In this document: in pieces, positions 55,643 to 64,000 of the stretch
Numbering within the stretch: position 1 is the stretch's first letter
Layout of the letters: every line of letters starts with the position of its first letter
Assembly (NCBI GenBank): GCA_051866635.1
Contig: JBJDXJ010000026.1
Span: forward strand, 1 to 64,000
From: Clostridia bacterium
GTDB lineage: Bacteria; Bacillota; Clostridia; UMGS1883
Length of the DNA: 64,000 nt
Reading direction: 5' to 3'
Notes under the pieces: generated by a model
Told to the model about the DNA's origin: nothing
Databases searched by the model: none
Seen by the model: only the letters and a program-made list of their open reading frames with translations
Translations under genes and position numbers: made by a program

Positions 55643-56665
55643 TTAGTTAAATTTATAGATTTTCTGTGCCAATCTGTAAAGACTGACTGTGAGCTTTCTT
55701 CCCTGATAACCGGGAAAAGAAGATATTACATTTAACGAGCGATACTTCAGAGTTGCATAAAGATGTGCATCTTTTTCCTTTATATACTCCCACAGCTTTT
55801 CCTTTTTCTCAATATTTTCCTGACCGTCTGCAATGTAGAGGAAAATAGTTGACACAACCATCATCATGGAAAGAGACGAGAACATGTTTTTATACAACAC
55901 GTGACTTTGTTCTTTTACCTTGTTTAAATCGTGACAATCAAGCATTATGTAAGTAATCTTAACCTGTTGGTCAACCCTTGATGCCATAACCTTTTCATTT
56001 ACGCTCTGATCGCTTCTGCCTATATAATAACGGTACATATCTGTATTTATGTAATATATGCTTTTAACATAAGGAAGAGGATAATAAACATATATATTAT
56101 CCACATAGAACGTATGCTCCGGAAGGGAAAGGTTACAATCAATAAGCATCTCCCTCCTGTATGTCACCGCATGCATCATAAGATATTGGCTTGTTTTTAG
56201 CCCCTTTGTTTCCTCCCATGTGCATACCTTTTCAACAGGGAAAACGCTTGTATAACGCATAATTTTGCTGGAATCGTCCTCTACATGTTCATACACATAA
56301 TTTGTGGCAATCATGTCGGGAATAATATTGTCTTTTGTGAGTTCTCTTATCTTATTAAGATATAACAAAAGTGACGCCTCATCAACCCAGTCATCAGAGT
56401 CCACCACCTTATAATAAAGTCCTGTTGCCTGACTAAGTCCTGTATTAACGGCACCGCCGTGGCCCTTATTTTCCTGGTGTATAGCCCTGACAACAGATGG
56501 ATATTTTGCCGCATATTCATCTGCAATACGTCCTGTATCATCCTTTGAGCCATCATTTACAATAAGTATTTCAACATCGTCTCCGCCTTTTAACAACGAT
56601 TGTATGCATCTGTCCATGTATTCTGCCGAATTATAGCACGGTACAGCAAAAGATACTAATTTCAT
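55643..56665 (-). CDS. GT2 family glycosyltransferase
   Basis: VPCYNS, VNDGSKD, N.GHGGAVN.G, VDSDD. Confidence 0.9.
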   Translation of the reverse strand: MKLVSFAVPCYNSAEYMDRCIQSLLKGGDDVEILIVNDGSKDDTGRIADEYAAKYPSVVRAIHQENKGHGGAVNTGLSQATGLYYKVVDSDDWVDEASLLLYLNKIRELTKDNIIPDMIATNYVYEHVEDDSSKIMRYTSVFPVEKVCTWEETKGLKTSQYLMMHAVTYRREMLIDCNLSLPEHTFYVDNIYVYYPLPYVKSIYYINTDMYRYYIGRSDQSVNEKVMASRVDQQVKITYIMLDCHDLNKVKEQSHVLYKNMFSSLSMMMVVSTIFLYIADGQENIEKKEKLWEYIKEKDAHLYATLKYRSLNVISSFPGYQGRKLTVSLYRLAQKIYKFN

Positions 56666-56741
56666 ACATATTCCCTCTTTCTTTGTTGTAGCTTTATATT
56701 ACCACTTTCCTGTAATATTGTCAAAGTTTTTTATTGAGCAC

Positions 56742-56770
56742 TTGACATACACATAGCTTTAGGGTATACT
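56742..56770 (+). promoter_or_regulatory. sigma-A promoter for queT
   Basis: TTGACA-17-TATACT. Confidence 0.75.
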
Positions 56771-56782
56771 AAAGTCAATAAC

Positions 56783-56868
56783 TGACAGTTCGAAACCATC
56801 CTGTCATTAAACAAAACTATGGATTTGCAAAAGTAGGATGGGTATTTTATGCCCATCTTTTTCTTTTG
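56783..56868 (+). ncRNA. PreQ1-I riboswitch with transcription terminator
   Basis: Stem TGACAG/CTGTCA, loop starting TTCG, A-rich tail ending AAAACTA, then terminator GATGGGTA/TGCCCATC-TTTTT; upstream of queT. Confidence 0.85.
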
Positions 56869-56891
56869 TCGTCCCAAAAGGAGTAAAAAAC

Positions 56892-57398
56892 ATGAAAATC
56901 AATGCAAAACATCTTTCCCGCGGTGCGATCATCGCAGCACTTTATGTAGTTCTTTGTGTCTTGTTCAGACCAATCAGCTACGGTCCCATTCAGCTTCGTA
57001 TTTCCGAAGCACTTTGCGTGCTTCCCATTCTTATGCCGGAAGCCTCCTTAGGGCTTTTTGCAGGTTGCTTTATATCAAACCTTTTAGGCGGAACATCAGT
57101 GGCACTGCTTGATATGGTGTTAGGTTCTTTAACAACACTTTCTGCCGCAATTCTCACAAGAAGAATACACAACAAATCAGGAAATGCCGTTTTATCCCTT
57201 CTTCCCCCTGTTCTCCTCAATGCAATTATTGTGGGTACATACGTACCGTTTTTATATGCAGACCCTTCCATGGATGCAACAGCATTAATTGTTCTCTCCA
57301 GTATAGTCACTGTGGGTATCGGTGAAGCCTTGGTTATTTACATTTTGGGACTGCCTTTATGTAAATGCCTTCAAAAATCCAAAATTTTCAAATCGTAA
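56892..57398 (+). CDS. queT: QueT family queuosine-precursor transporter (ECF S-component)
   Basis: IIAALYV...PISYGPIQLRISEAL..LP; GC.ISN; D...G; PPV..NA motifs; preQ1 riboswitch upstream. Confidence 0.9.
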   Translation: MKINAKHLSRGAIIAALYVVLCVLFRPISYGPIQLRISEALCVLPILMPEASLGLFAGCFISNLLGGTSVALLDMVLGSLTTLSAAILTRRIHNKSGNAVLSLLPPVLLNAIIVGTYVPFLYADPSMDATALIVLSSIVTVGIGEALVIYILGLPLCKCLQKSKIFKS

Positions 57399-57425
57399 CA
57401 TTTTGTTAATTTTTATTTAACAATT

Positions 57426-57456
57426 AGCCCCGAGCCATTGACTTGGGGCTTTTTTT
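57426..57456 (+). terminator. Terminator after queT
   Basis: AGCCCCGAG/CTTGGGGCT followed by TTTTTT. Confidence 0.75.
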
Positions 57457-57508
57457 AGTGTATTATATGATTAGTAAATGTATTTCTTTTTTTCAGGAGG
57501 TAAAAAGT

Positions 57509-58651
57509 GTGAATTTTAAAAAGCTTGTTACGGGAATATTGGTTTCCTGTTTTTCGTTTTCTCTTCCCTTTTCCGCATTTGCACAAAGCGGTACTGTATC
57601 GGCTAACGTGTTGAATGTACGCTCTTCCTCTTCTACAGCTTCTGAAATTTTGGCAACAGTTTCAAACGGAGAAGTTGTTGAGCTTTTGAATTTCGATGGT
57701 TCCTGGTATAAAGTTCAGCTTTCAAACGGTGTCATGGGCTATGTATTAAGTGATTATATTGTTCCGGGTCCTGTTTATTACGGCGTTGTTTACGCATCGT
57801 CACTTATGGTCCGTTCCGAACCTAATGCTAATGCTGATATTATTGCAAAGTTTACAAACGGCACTACAATTGAGCTTTTAGCACTTGAAGGAGAATGGTA
57901 CAAAATCCGTATTTCCGATACACAGTACGGATATGTGTGTGCCGCATATGTTGCGACATCTACTCCTCCTGTTGCAAGTGCAACCGATAGTAGCTATGCA
58001 ACTGAAACTCAGGAAGTAACTTCAGATGCAGTTGACCCCACACAGCCTTACACAATATACGGATATGTTGATGCATCCGCTTTAAATATCCGTAAATCCA
58101 CCGGAATTTCCACAGACATAATTGCAAAGGTTCCCTGCGGTACACAGCTGGAGCTTTTGGCATATGACGGAAGCTGGTACCGTGTGAAGCTCAGCGACGG
58201 TTCCATAGGTTATGCAAGTGCCGACTACATATCATTAGAACCTGTAAGTTCAGCTACGGCACACAGCAAATCCGCAGTTTTAGGTCAAGAGATTGTACAA
58301 ACTGCTTATCAGTATCTTGGGACACCTTATGTTTATGCAACTTCAGGTCCTTCAAGCTTTGATTGCAGTGGCTTTACAATGTACGTTATGGCAATGCACG
58401 GCATAGATCTTCCCCACCATTCGGCAAGCCAGTATAATTACGGAATCAGTGTTGAGAAGGAAAACCTTATAGCAGGAGATTTGGTATTTTTCAATTCCAA
58501 CAGCCGTTCGGGAGTTGCCCATGTGGGCATTTATATAAGTGACGGCAAGTTTATTCATGCCTCCAGCGGCAGTGCGGCTTCCGTTACTATTTCTTCCCTT
58601 TCTGACAATTACTACACCACCCATTATCTTGGTGCAAGACGTGTTATCTGA
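57509..58651 (+). CDS. Secreted peptidoglycan endopeptidase, 3x SH3b + NlpC/P60
   Basis: Signal peptide; three L.VR...WYK...GYV repeats; FDCSGF, HVGIY, FIHAS; GTG start after AGGAGG. Confidence 0.92.
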   Translation: MNFKKLVTGILVSCFSFSLPFSAFAQSGTVSANVLNVRSSSSTASEILATVSNGEVVELLNFDGSWYKVQLSNGVMGYVLSDYIVPGPVYYGVVYASSLMVRSEPNANADIIAKFTNGTTIELLALEGEWYKIRISDTQYGYVCAAYVATSTPPVASATDSSYATETQEVTSDAVDPTQPYTIYGYVDASALNIRKSTGISTDIIAKVPCGTQLELLAYDGSWYRVKLSDGSIGYASADYISLEPVSSATAHSKSAVLGQEIVQTAYQYLGTPYVYATSGPSSFDCSGFTMYVMAMHGIDLPHHSASQYNYGISVEKENLIAGDLVFFNSNSRSGVAHVGIYISDGKFIHASSGSAASVTISSLSDNYYTTHYLGARRVI

Positions 58652-58764
58652 TTTTTTTGCAAAAAACACTTGACTTTTCAGCTATATAATGTAAAATATT
58701 CTATAGTAGAAAATGGTCTTTTTCTGTCTTATGAAGGAGGCTATTTCGCTAAGGAGAGATTTGT

Positions 58765-59307
58765 TTGAGAGTTATATCAGGCAGTGCCCGTGGCTTAAAG
58801 CTGTTAAGTTTGGAAGGTGACGATACACGTCCTACATTGGACCGTGTTAAAGAAGCTCTGTTTTCCATGCTTGCATCTTATATATATTCTGCAAAGGTTT
58901 TGGATCTCTTTGCAGGTAGCGGTGCTTTAGGTGTGGAATCATTAAGCCGTGGTGCTGATTGGGCAGTTTTCGTTGATTCAAACCCCAACGCTATGAATAT
59001 AGTAAAAGAAAATGTAAAGAAAGCCTCTTTTTCAGACAAAAGCTCGTTTTACACATTGGATGCTGAAAGCTATTTAAAAAACACAAAGGATACTTTTGAT
59101 TTAATTTTCTTAGACCCTCCCTACTTTGGGGATTTTTATGAGAAAATCTTAAATCTTATTTCAAAGTACAATGTTTTGAACAAAAACGGTATATTGTCAG
59201 TTGAATGGGACAATACTTTAGGCTCTTTGCCCGTTCCCGATTGCTTCGAGGTTTACCGTGAACGAAAATACGGACGGGTTATGCTGACACTTTTAAAACT
59301 AAAATGA
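58765..59307 (+). CDS. rsmD: 16S rRNA m2G966 methyltransferase
   Basis: RVISG.ARG, RPT.DRVKEALF, LDLFAGSG, DPPY. Confidence 0.95.
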   Translation: MRVISGSARGLKLLSLEGDDTRPTLDRVKEALFSMLASYIYSAKVLDLFAGSGALGVESLSRGADWAVFVDSNPNAMNIVKENVKKASFSDKSSFYTLDAESYLKNTKDTFDLIFLDPPYFGDFYEKILNLISKYNVLNKNGILSVEWDNTLGSLPVPDCFEVYRERKYGRVMLTLLKLK

Positions 59308-59405
59308 AATCACCAATAAATTGAACAATGTTTTCCTTTGAAAACCTGTATCAAATTATTTATAAATGCTTTTTAAATTTTCAAACATATTTAGGAGGAA
59401 TTATC

Positions 59406-59888
59406 ATGGAATTACTTGAAATACTTGACGTCTTGGAAGACAAGGTGGAATCAGCTAAAAATATTCCCATTGTAAATCGTGCGATCATCGATAAAGAAGA
59501 TCTTCTTGCTACTATTGAAGATATGCGTCTGCGTCTCCCTGAAGACCTTAAGCAGGCAAGATGGATAAAGGACGACAGAAAGAGAATCCTTGCAGAAGCT
59601 CAGGAAGAAGCTAATGCTATTATTAAACAGGGCGAAGAACAGGCTGCTCAGTTGGTTGAAGAAAATGTTATCACTAAACGTGCATATGAACAGGCTAACA
59701 GCATTATCGCTTCCGCACAGAAGAATTCCCGTGAACTTCGTCTTGGTGCAAGACAGTATATTGACAAAATCTTAGCTGACAGCGAAGCTACTCTTAACAA
59801 GAGCCAGGAAACAATCCGTGCTATGCGTGTAGAGCTCCGTCAGGACCCCTCTTCCTCAAAGGCAATTGAAAGCGGCGAACAGGAATAA
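59406..59888 (+). CDS. Conserved coiled-coil protein typically encoded after rsmD-coaD in Clostridia
   Basis: LP.DLKQARWI...R.RIL.EA..EA..II..A pattern; AGGAGG RBS. Confidence 0.75.
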   Translation: MELLEILDVLEDKVESAKNIPIVNRAIIDKEDLLATIEDMRLRLPEDLKQARWIKDDRKRILAEAQEEANAIIKQGEEQAAQLVEENVITKRAYEQANSIIASAQKNSRELRLGARQYIDKILADSEATLNKSQETIRAMRVELRQDPSSSKAIESGEQE

Positions 59889-59946
59889 AATAAAGGGCTG
59901 AGGCTTATGCCTCCGCCCTTTATCACGTAGAAAGGTAGGAAATAAA

Positions 59947-60675
59947 ATGTCAGGACATTCCAAATGGGCTAATATTAAAAATAAGAAAGGTAAGGCTGAC
60001 GCACAGCGTGCCAACCTTTTCACAAAAATCGGTCGTGAACTTGCAGTTGCAGTTCGTGCAGGCGGTCCCGACCCCGACTCTAACAGCAAACTTAAGGATG
60101 CTATCGTAAAAGCAAGGGCAAACAACATGCCTAACGACAACATTTCCCGTTGTATTGCAAAGGCAAGCGGTGAAGCCGGTGGTGCTGATTACGAAGAAAT
60201 CACATACGAAGGTTACGGTCCCCGTGGTGTTGCAGTTATTGTTGAAACACTTACAAATAACCGTAACCGTACAGCGGCAGATTTACGTCACTATTTCGAC
60301 AAATACGGCGGAAACCTTGGTCAGAACGGTTGCGTAAGCTTTATGTTTGACAAGAAGGGCGTTATTGTTATTGAAGATGATGGCGATATTGACGAAGACG
60401 AGCTTATGATGTCAGCTCTCGATGCAGGTGCAGATGATTTCACTTCCGAAGACGGATTCTTTGAAATTTTAACTGACCCCGATTCTTTCAGTGCAGTTTA
60501 TGAAGCTCTTTCCGAAGGTAAAGACTTCAACTTCGTAACAGCTGAAGTAAGAATGGTTCCTCAGACAATGGTTGAACTTACAGATGAGGAAGATTTGAAA
60601 AAGATGAACAAGCTTATTGAAATGCTTGACGACAACGATGATGTACAGAACGTATATCATAACTGGGACGAATAA
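59947..60675 (+). CDS. yebC: YebC/PmpR family protein
   Basis: MSGHSKWANIK, YEGYGP, TNNRNRT, DDVQNVYHN. Confidence 0.95.
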   Translation: MSGHSKWANIKNKKGKADAQRANLFTKIGRELAVAVRAGGPDPDSNSKLKDAIVKARANNMPNDNISRCIAKASGEAGGADYEEITYEGYGPRGVAVIVETLTNNRNRTAADLRHYFDKYGGNLGQNGCVSFMFDKKGVIVIEDDGDIDEDELMMSALDAGADDFTSEDGFFEILTDPDSFSAVYEALSEGKDFNFVTAEVRMVPQTMVELTDEEDLKKMNKLIEMLDDNDDVQNVYHNWDE

Positions 60676-60683
60676 AGACTGCA

Positions 60684-60779
60684 ATAAAAAGACCCCAAAG
60701 TTTGAATTTATTCAGGCTTTGGGGTTATTTTTATATAAAGTAAAGACTGTGACATAATCTATCACAGTCTTTACTTTAT
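60684..60779. terminator. Two tandem hairpins terminating convergent yebC and asnS
   Basis: ACCCCAAAG..GAAT/ATTC..CTTTGGGGT, and an 18-bp IR ATAAAGTAAAGACTGTGA/TCACAGTCTTTACTTTAT. Confidence 0.7.
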
Positions 60780-60790
60780 TTAGTTATTTA

Positions 60791-62179
60791 TTAGAATTCA
60801 GCATTACCAACTGTTCTGGGGTAAGGAATTACGTCACGGATGTTGTTGATACCTGTTAAGTACATTACAGCTCTTTCAAAGCCTAAGCCGTAGCCTGCAT
60901 GCTTTGTGCCGCCGTACTTACGAAGGTCAAGATACCACCAATAGTCTTCTTCCTTTAATCCCATTTCCTTCATTCTGGAAGTGAGAACATCATATCTTTC
61001 TTCTCTCTGGCTGCCGCCGATGATTTCGCCTATACCGGGAACTAAGCAGTCCATTGCCGCAACAGTCTTGCCGTCATCGTTAAGTCGCATATAGAAAGCC
61101 TTGATTTCCTTGGGGTAATCTGTTACGAATACAGGACGTTTGAACACTTCTTCTGTAAGATATCTTTCATGTTCTGTCTGTAAGTCACTGCCCCATTCAA
61201 CCTTATATTCAAACTTGTCGTTATTCTTCTTTAAAATTTCAATTGCTTCTGTATATGTTACTTTGCCGAAATCGGAGGAAGCAACGCTGATAAGTCTTTC
61301 CTTAAGTCCTGTGTCAATAAACTTGTTAAAGAAATCAATCTCTTCTTCTGCATTTTCCAAAACATAATTAATCATGTACTTGAGCATATCTTCTGCAAGT
61401 GCCATGTCATCATTTAAATCTGCAAATGCAATTTCAGGTTCAATCATCCAAAATTCAGCCGCATGTCTTGTTGTATTGGAGTTTTCAGCACGGAAAGTGG
61501 GACCGAATGTGTAAACATTTCTGAAAGCCATTGCAAATGTTTCCGCACTAAGCTGACCTGATACCGTAAGGTTTGCACTCTTACCGAAGAAATCCTGGCT
61601 GTAATCTACCTGACCGTCTGCCATAGGAATGTTTTCCATATCCATTGTAGTAACACGGAACATCTCCCCTGCACCTTCACAGTCACTTGCTGTAATTATT
61701 GGTGTATGAGCATACACAAATCCACGTTCGTTGAAGAACTTGTGTATAGCATAAGCCGCCAGACTTCTTACTCTGAAAACAGCGGAGAACATATTTGTTC
61801 TTGGTCTTAAGTGTGCAATAGTTCTTAAATATTCTGTAGTGTGACGCTTTTTCTTAAGAGGATATTCAGGTGTGGAGGCACCTTCAACTTCAATAGACTT
61901 TGCCTTGATTTCAAAGGGCTGTTTTGCCTCAGGTGTAAGAACAAGGACACCTGTTACATTCAAAGCCGCACCAACGTTCTGGGAAGCAATTTCCTTGTAG
62001 TTTCCAAGAAATTCGCTTTCAAAAACAACCTGTATGCTCTTAAAATAAGTACCGTCATTAAGTTCAATAAAACCAAACACGTTAGAGGAACGGATTGTTC
62101 TCACCCAACCTGACACCTTGATTTCCTTATCTGCATATTCTGTAGGGTTTTTAAATATATCTTTTACCAATGTTTTCAT
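60791..62179 (-). CDS. asnS: Asparagine--tRNA ligase
   Basis: [46 protein letters not shown]. Confidence 0.96.
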   Translation of the reverse strand: MKTLVKDIFKNPTEYADKEIKVSGWVRTIRSSNVFGFIELNDGTYFKSIQVVFESEFLGNYKEIASQNVGAALNVTGVLVLTPEAKQPFEIKAKSIEVEGASTPEYPLKKKRHTTEYLRTIAHLRPRTNMFSAVFRVRSLAAYAIHKFFNERGFVYAHTPIITASDCEGAGEMFRVTTMDMENIPMADGQVDYSQDFFGKSANLTVSGQLSAETFAMAFRNVYTFGPTFRAENSNTTRHAAEFWMIEPEIAFADLNDDMALAEDMLKYMINYVLENAEEEIDFFNKFIDTGLKERLISVASSDFGKVTYTEAIEILKKNNDKFEYKVEWGSDLQTEHERYLTEEVFKRPVFVTDYPKEIKAFYMRLNDDGKTVAAMDCLVPGIGEIIGGSQREERYDVLTSRMKEMGLKEEDYWWYLDLRKYGGTKHAGYGLGFERAVMYLTGINNIRDVIPYPRTVGNAEF

Positions 62180-62197
62180 CTTTATTTTTTCCTTTCA

Positions 62198-63205
62198 TTA
62201 CAAGAGGGTAATTCCCGCTTCCTTGCAAACTTTCAAAGTTTCTTCGTCCCATATGCTGGACTGAACTTCACCAATATGTGCACAGCCAATCAAAAGCATA
62301 CAAAGCCTACTCTGTCCGATACCGCCACCGATTGTCAAGGGCAGTTCATCATTTAAAAGCATCTTGTGGAACATAAGCTCTCTCCTGTCGTCACAATTTG
62401 CAATAGTAAGCTGTCTGTCAAGTGATTCTTTATCAACACGGATGCCCATTGAAGATACTTCAAAGGCACAATCAAGCGTATCGTTTCGGAAGAAAATATC
62501 ACCGTTTAATTCCCAATCATCATAGTCGGGTGCTCTGCCGTCATGCTTTTTGCCGCTTTTTAAAGCACCGCCGATGCCCATAATAAACACTGTTCTGTAC
62601 TTTTTGGTGATGGCATTTTCCCTTTCCTTAGATGTTAAATCAGGGTACATATCCTCAAGTTCCTGAGCTGTAATAAACTTTACATCGGGAGAAAGATTTG
62701 TGTTAAGCTGAGGAAAATGAACCTTCAAGCGGTCGTTTGTATTACAAATTGCTCTGACAATCCCCTTTACAACAAGCTTTAAATATTCTATATTTCTTGT
62801 TTCGGGAGTAATAATCTTTTCCCAGTCCCACTGGTCAACATAAATGGAATGAAGATTATCAAGCTCTTCATCACGGCGGATAGCATTCATATCTGTATAT
62901 AAACCGTTGCCGGGTTTGAAATTATACTGTTTAAGTGCCAATCTTTTCCATTTTGCAAGGGAATGTACAATCTGTGCATCCTTACCCACCGCAGGAACAT
63001 CAAAAGACACAGGTCTTTCAACACCGTTAAGGTTATCGTTAAGCCCGCTGTCCGCTGTTACAAAAAGAGGTGCGGAAACACGCTTTAAATTTAATTCATT
63101 ACAAAATTCCTTTTGAAATGTATTTTTAATGTAAGATATCGCTCTTTGAGTTTCGTAGCTATCAAGCTTCGCCTTATAGCCTTCGGGAATGTATACTTTA
63201 TTCAT
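62198..63205 (-). CDS. asnA: Aspartate--ammonia ligase
   Basis: NDNLNGVERPV, VHSLAKWKR, YVDQWDWE, HDGRAPDYDDW, TIGGGIGQSR. Confidence 0.96.
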   Translation of the reverse strand: MNKVYIPEGYKAKLDSYETQRAISYIKNTFQKEFCNELNLKRVSAPLFVTADSGLNDNLNGVERPVSFDVPAVGKDAQIVHSLAKWKRLALKQYNFKPGNGLYTDMNAIRRDEELDNLHSIYVDQWDWEKIITPETRNIEYLKLVVKGIVRAICNTNDRLKVHFPQLNTNLSPDVKFITAQELEDMYPDLTSKERENAITKKYRTVFIMGIGGALKSGKKHDGRAPDYDDWELNGDIFFRNDTLDCAFEVSSMGIRVDKESLDRQLTIANCDDRRELMFHKMLLNDELPLTIGGGIGQSRLCMLLIGCAHIGEVQSSIWDEETLKVCKEAGITLL

Positions 63206-63300
63206 GCAATGCTCCCCCATAATTATATTTTATTTTAATATTATATAACAATTATATGGTAAAGTCAACCAAAACAAAAACTAAACAATGAAAAATGAAC

Positions 63301-63357
63301 AAACGGTCGGAAACACAATTGCCGTACTATGTACCGCTTTTGTTCCTCCGACCGTTT
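63301..63357 (-). terminator. Hairpin after aspS
   Basis: AAACGGTCGGA/TCCGACCGTTT 11-bp IR with a long loop. Confidence 0.5.
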
Positions 63358-63369
63358 TTAATTTAGAGT

Positions 63370-64000
63370 TTAAGGGTTAAGTCTGTTAGGTCCGCGGAAG
63401 ATAAACATGGCATCCTTAATATGAAGACCAAGCATAAGCATTGTCAAGCGGTCAACACCGATACCAAATCCGCCGTGAGGAGGACAACCATACTTAAAAA
63501 ATTCAAGATAGAACTTAACGTCTTCATCCAAGCCCTTTTCCTTAGCCTGAGCTGAAAGAACATCATAACGGTGTTCACGCTGAGCACCTGTTGTAATTTC
63601 AACGCCTCTCCAGATAAGGTCATAACCCTGAGGAATACCATTTTCGTCACGCATATGATAAAAAGCTCTCTTTTCGGGGCCAAAGTCAGTAACAAATAAA
63701 AATTCATGACCGTACTTTTTCTGTACCCATTCAAAGCTCAGTCTTTCTGCATCTGTTGTTAAATCGTTCTTTTCCTCTTCTGGGACAGTGTAGCCGAATT
63801 CCTTTTCCAATTCGTCATACAAATCACAAAGTTTAATTACAGGGAAAGGTGTTGTTGGAACAACAACTTCAACATTAAAAAGCTCTTTAATCTTATCGCC
63901 GTAAGCATCTTTAACTTCTTTAAGCATATAAGTAAGAAGCTCTTCTTCCATCTTCATAACGTCACGGAAAGAGTCGATAAAGCTAAATTCCAAGTCAAAT
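63370..64000 (-). CDS. aspS: Archaeal/eukaryal-type aspartyl-tRNA synthetase (probably Asp-tRNA(Asn) ligase), C-terminal part; the gene runs off the window
   Basis: DLEFSFI, AFYHM, YDL.WRG.EITTGAQREH, YGCPPHGGFGIG.DR, F.R.P.RL.P; no bacterial GAD insertion. Confidence 0.88.
   Translation of the reverse strand, partial: FDLEFSFIDSFRDVMKMEEELLTYMLKEVKDAYGDKIKELFNVEVVVPTTPFPVIKLCDLYDELEKEFGYTVPEEEKNDLTTDAERLSFEWVQKKYGHEFLFVTDFGPEKRAFYHMRDENGIPQGYDLIWRGVEITTGAQREHRYDVLSAQAKEKGLDEDVKFYLEFFKYGCPPHGGFGIGVDRLTMLMLGLHIKDAMFIFRGPNRLNP

Noticed and set aside
63206-63369. T-box leader for asnA/asnS
   Set aside because: No T-box consensus (AAGGTGGTACC-like) on the minus strand and too little space after the promoter.

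Overview
This is a 64-kb core-chromosome segment of a low-GC Clostridia-class anaerobe (sigma-A promoters, GGAGG RBSs, SpoIID and GerMN proteins). I see no tRNA/rRNA genes, CRISPR array, transposase or prophage. In order, it holds: a disrupted kdpE plus short kdpD next to ktrAB, with an unannotated 42-aa membrane peptide; a secreted nuclease; rrf2-iscS-iscU-nadA; tgt and queA separated by a LysR/PQ-loop pair; spoIID; asd-dapA-dapB; a pyruvate formate-lyase locus; a YtfQRT/YjfF-type sugar ABC transporter; a TudS-AlkD fusion; a Na+-type F1Fo ATP synthase operon; pta-ackA; tmcAL; hup; ABC/GntR genes; a GH2-GH51-multidomain lyase cluster; PFOR; a GT2; preQ1-riboswitch-queT; SH3-NlpC/P60; rsmD; yebC; and asnS-asnA-aspS. 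The most notable candidate system is the PFL locus. The enzyme is natively split into a catalytic barrel and a separate 80-aa glycyl-radical subunit. The barrel has gained an acidic C-terminal tail with a CX4C motif (CSNGAC) like the redox-shuttle tail of class I ribonucleotide reductase. The operon leader forms a GC-rich pseudoknot abutting the RBS that I cannot match to a known riboswitch. All functional calls come from motif recognition by eye; no database searches were run.
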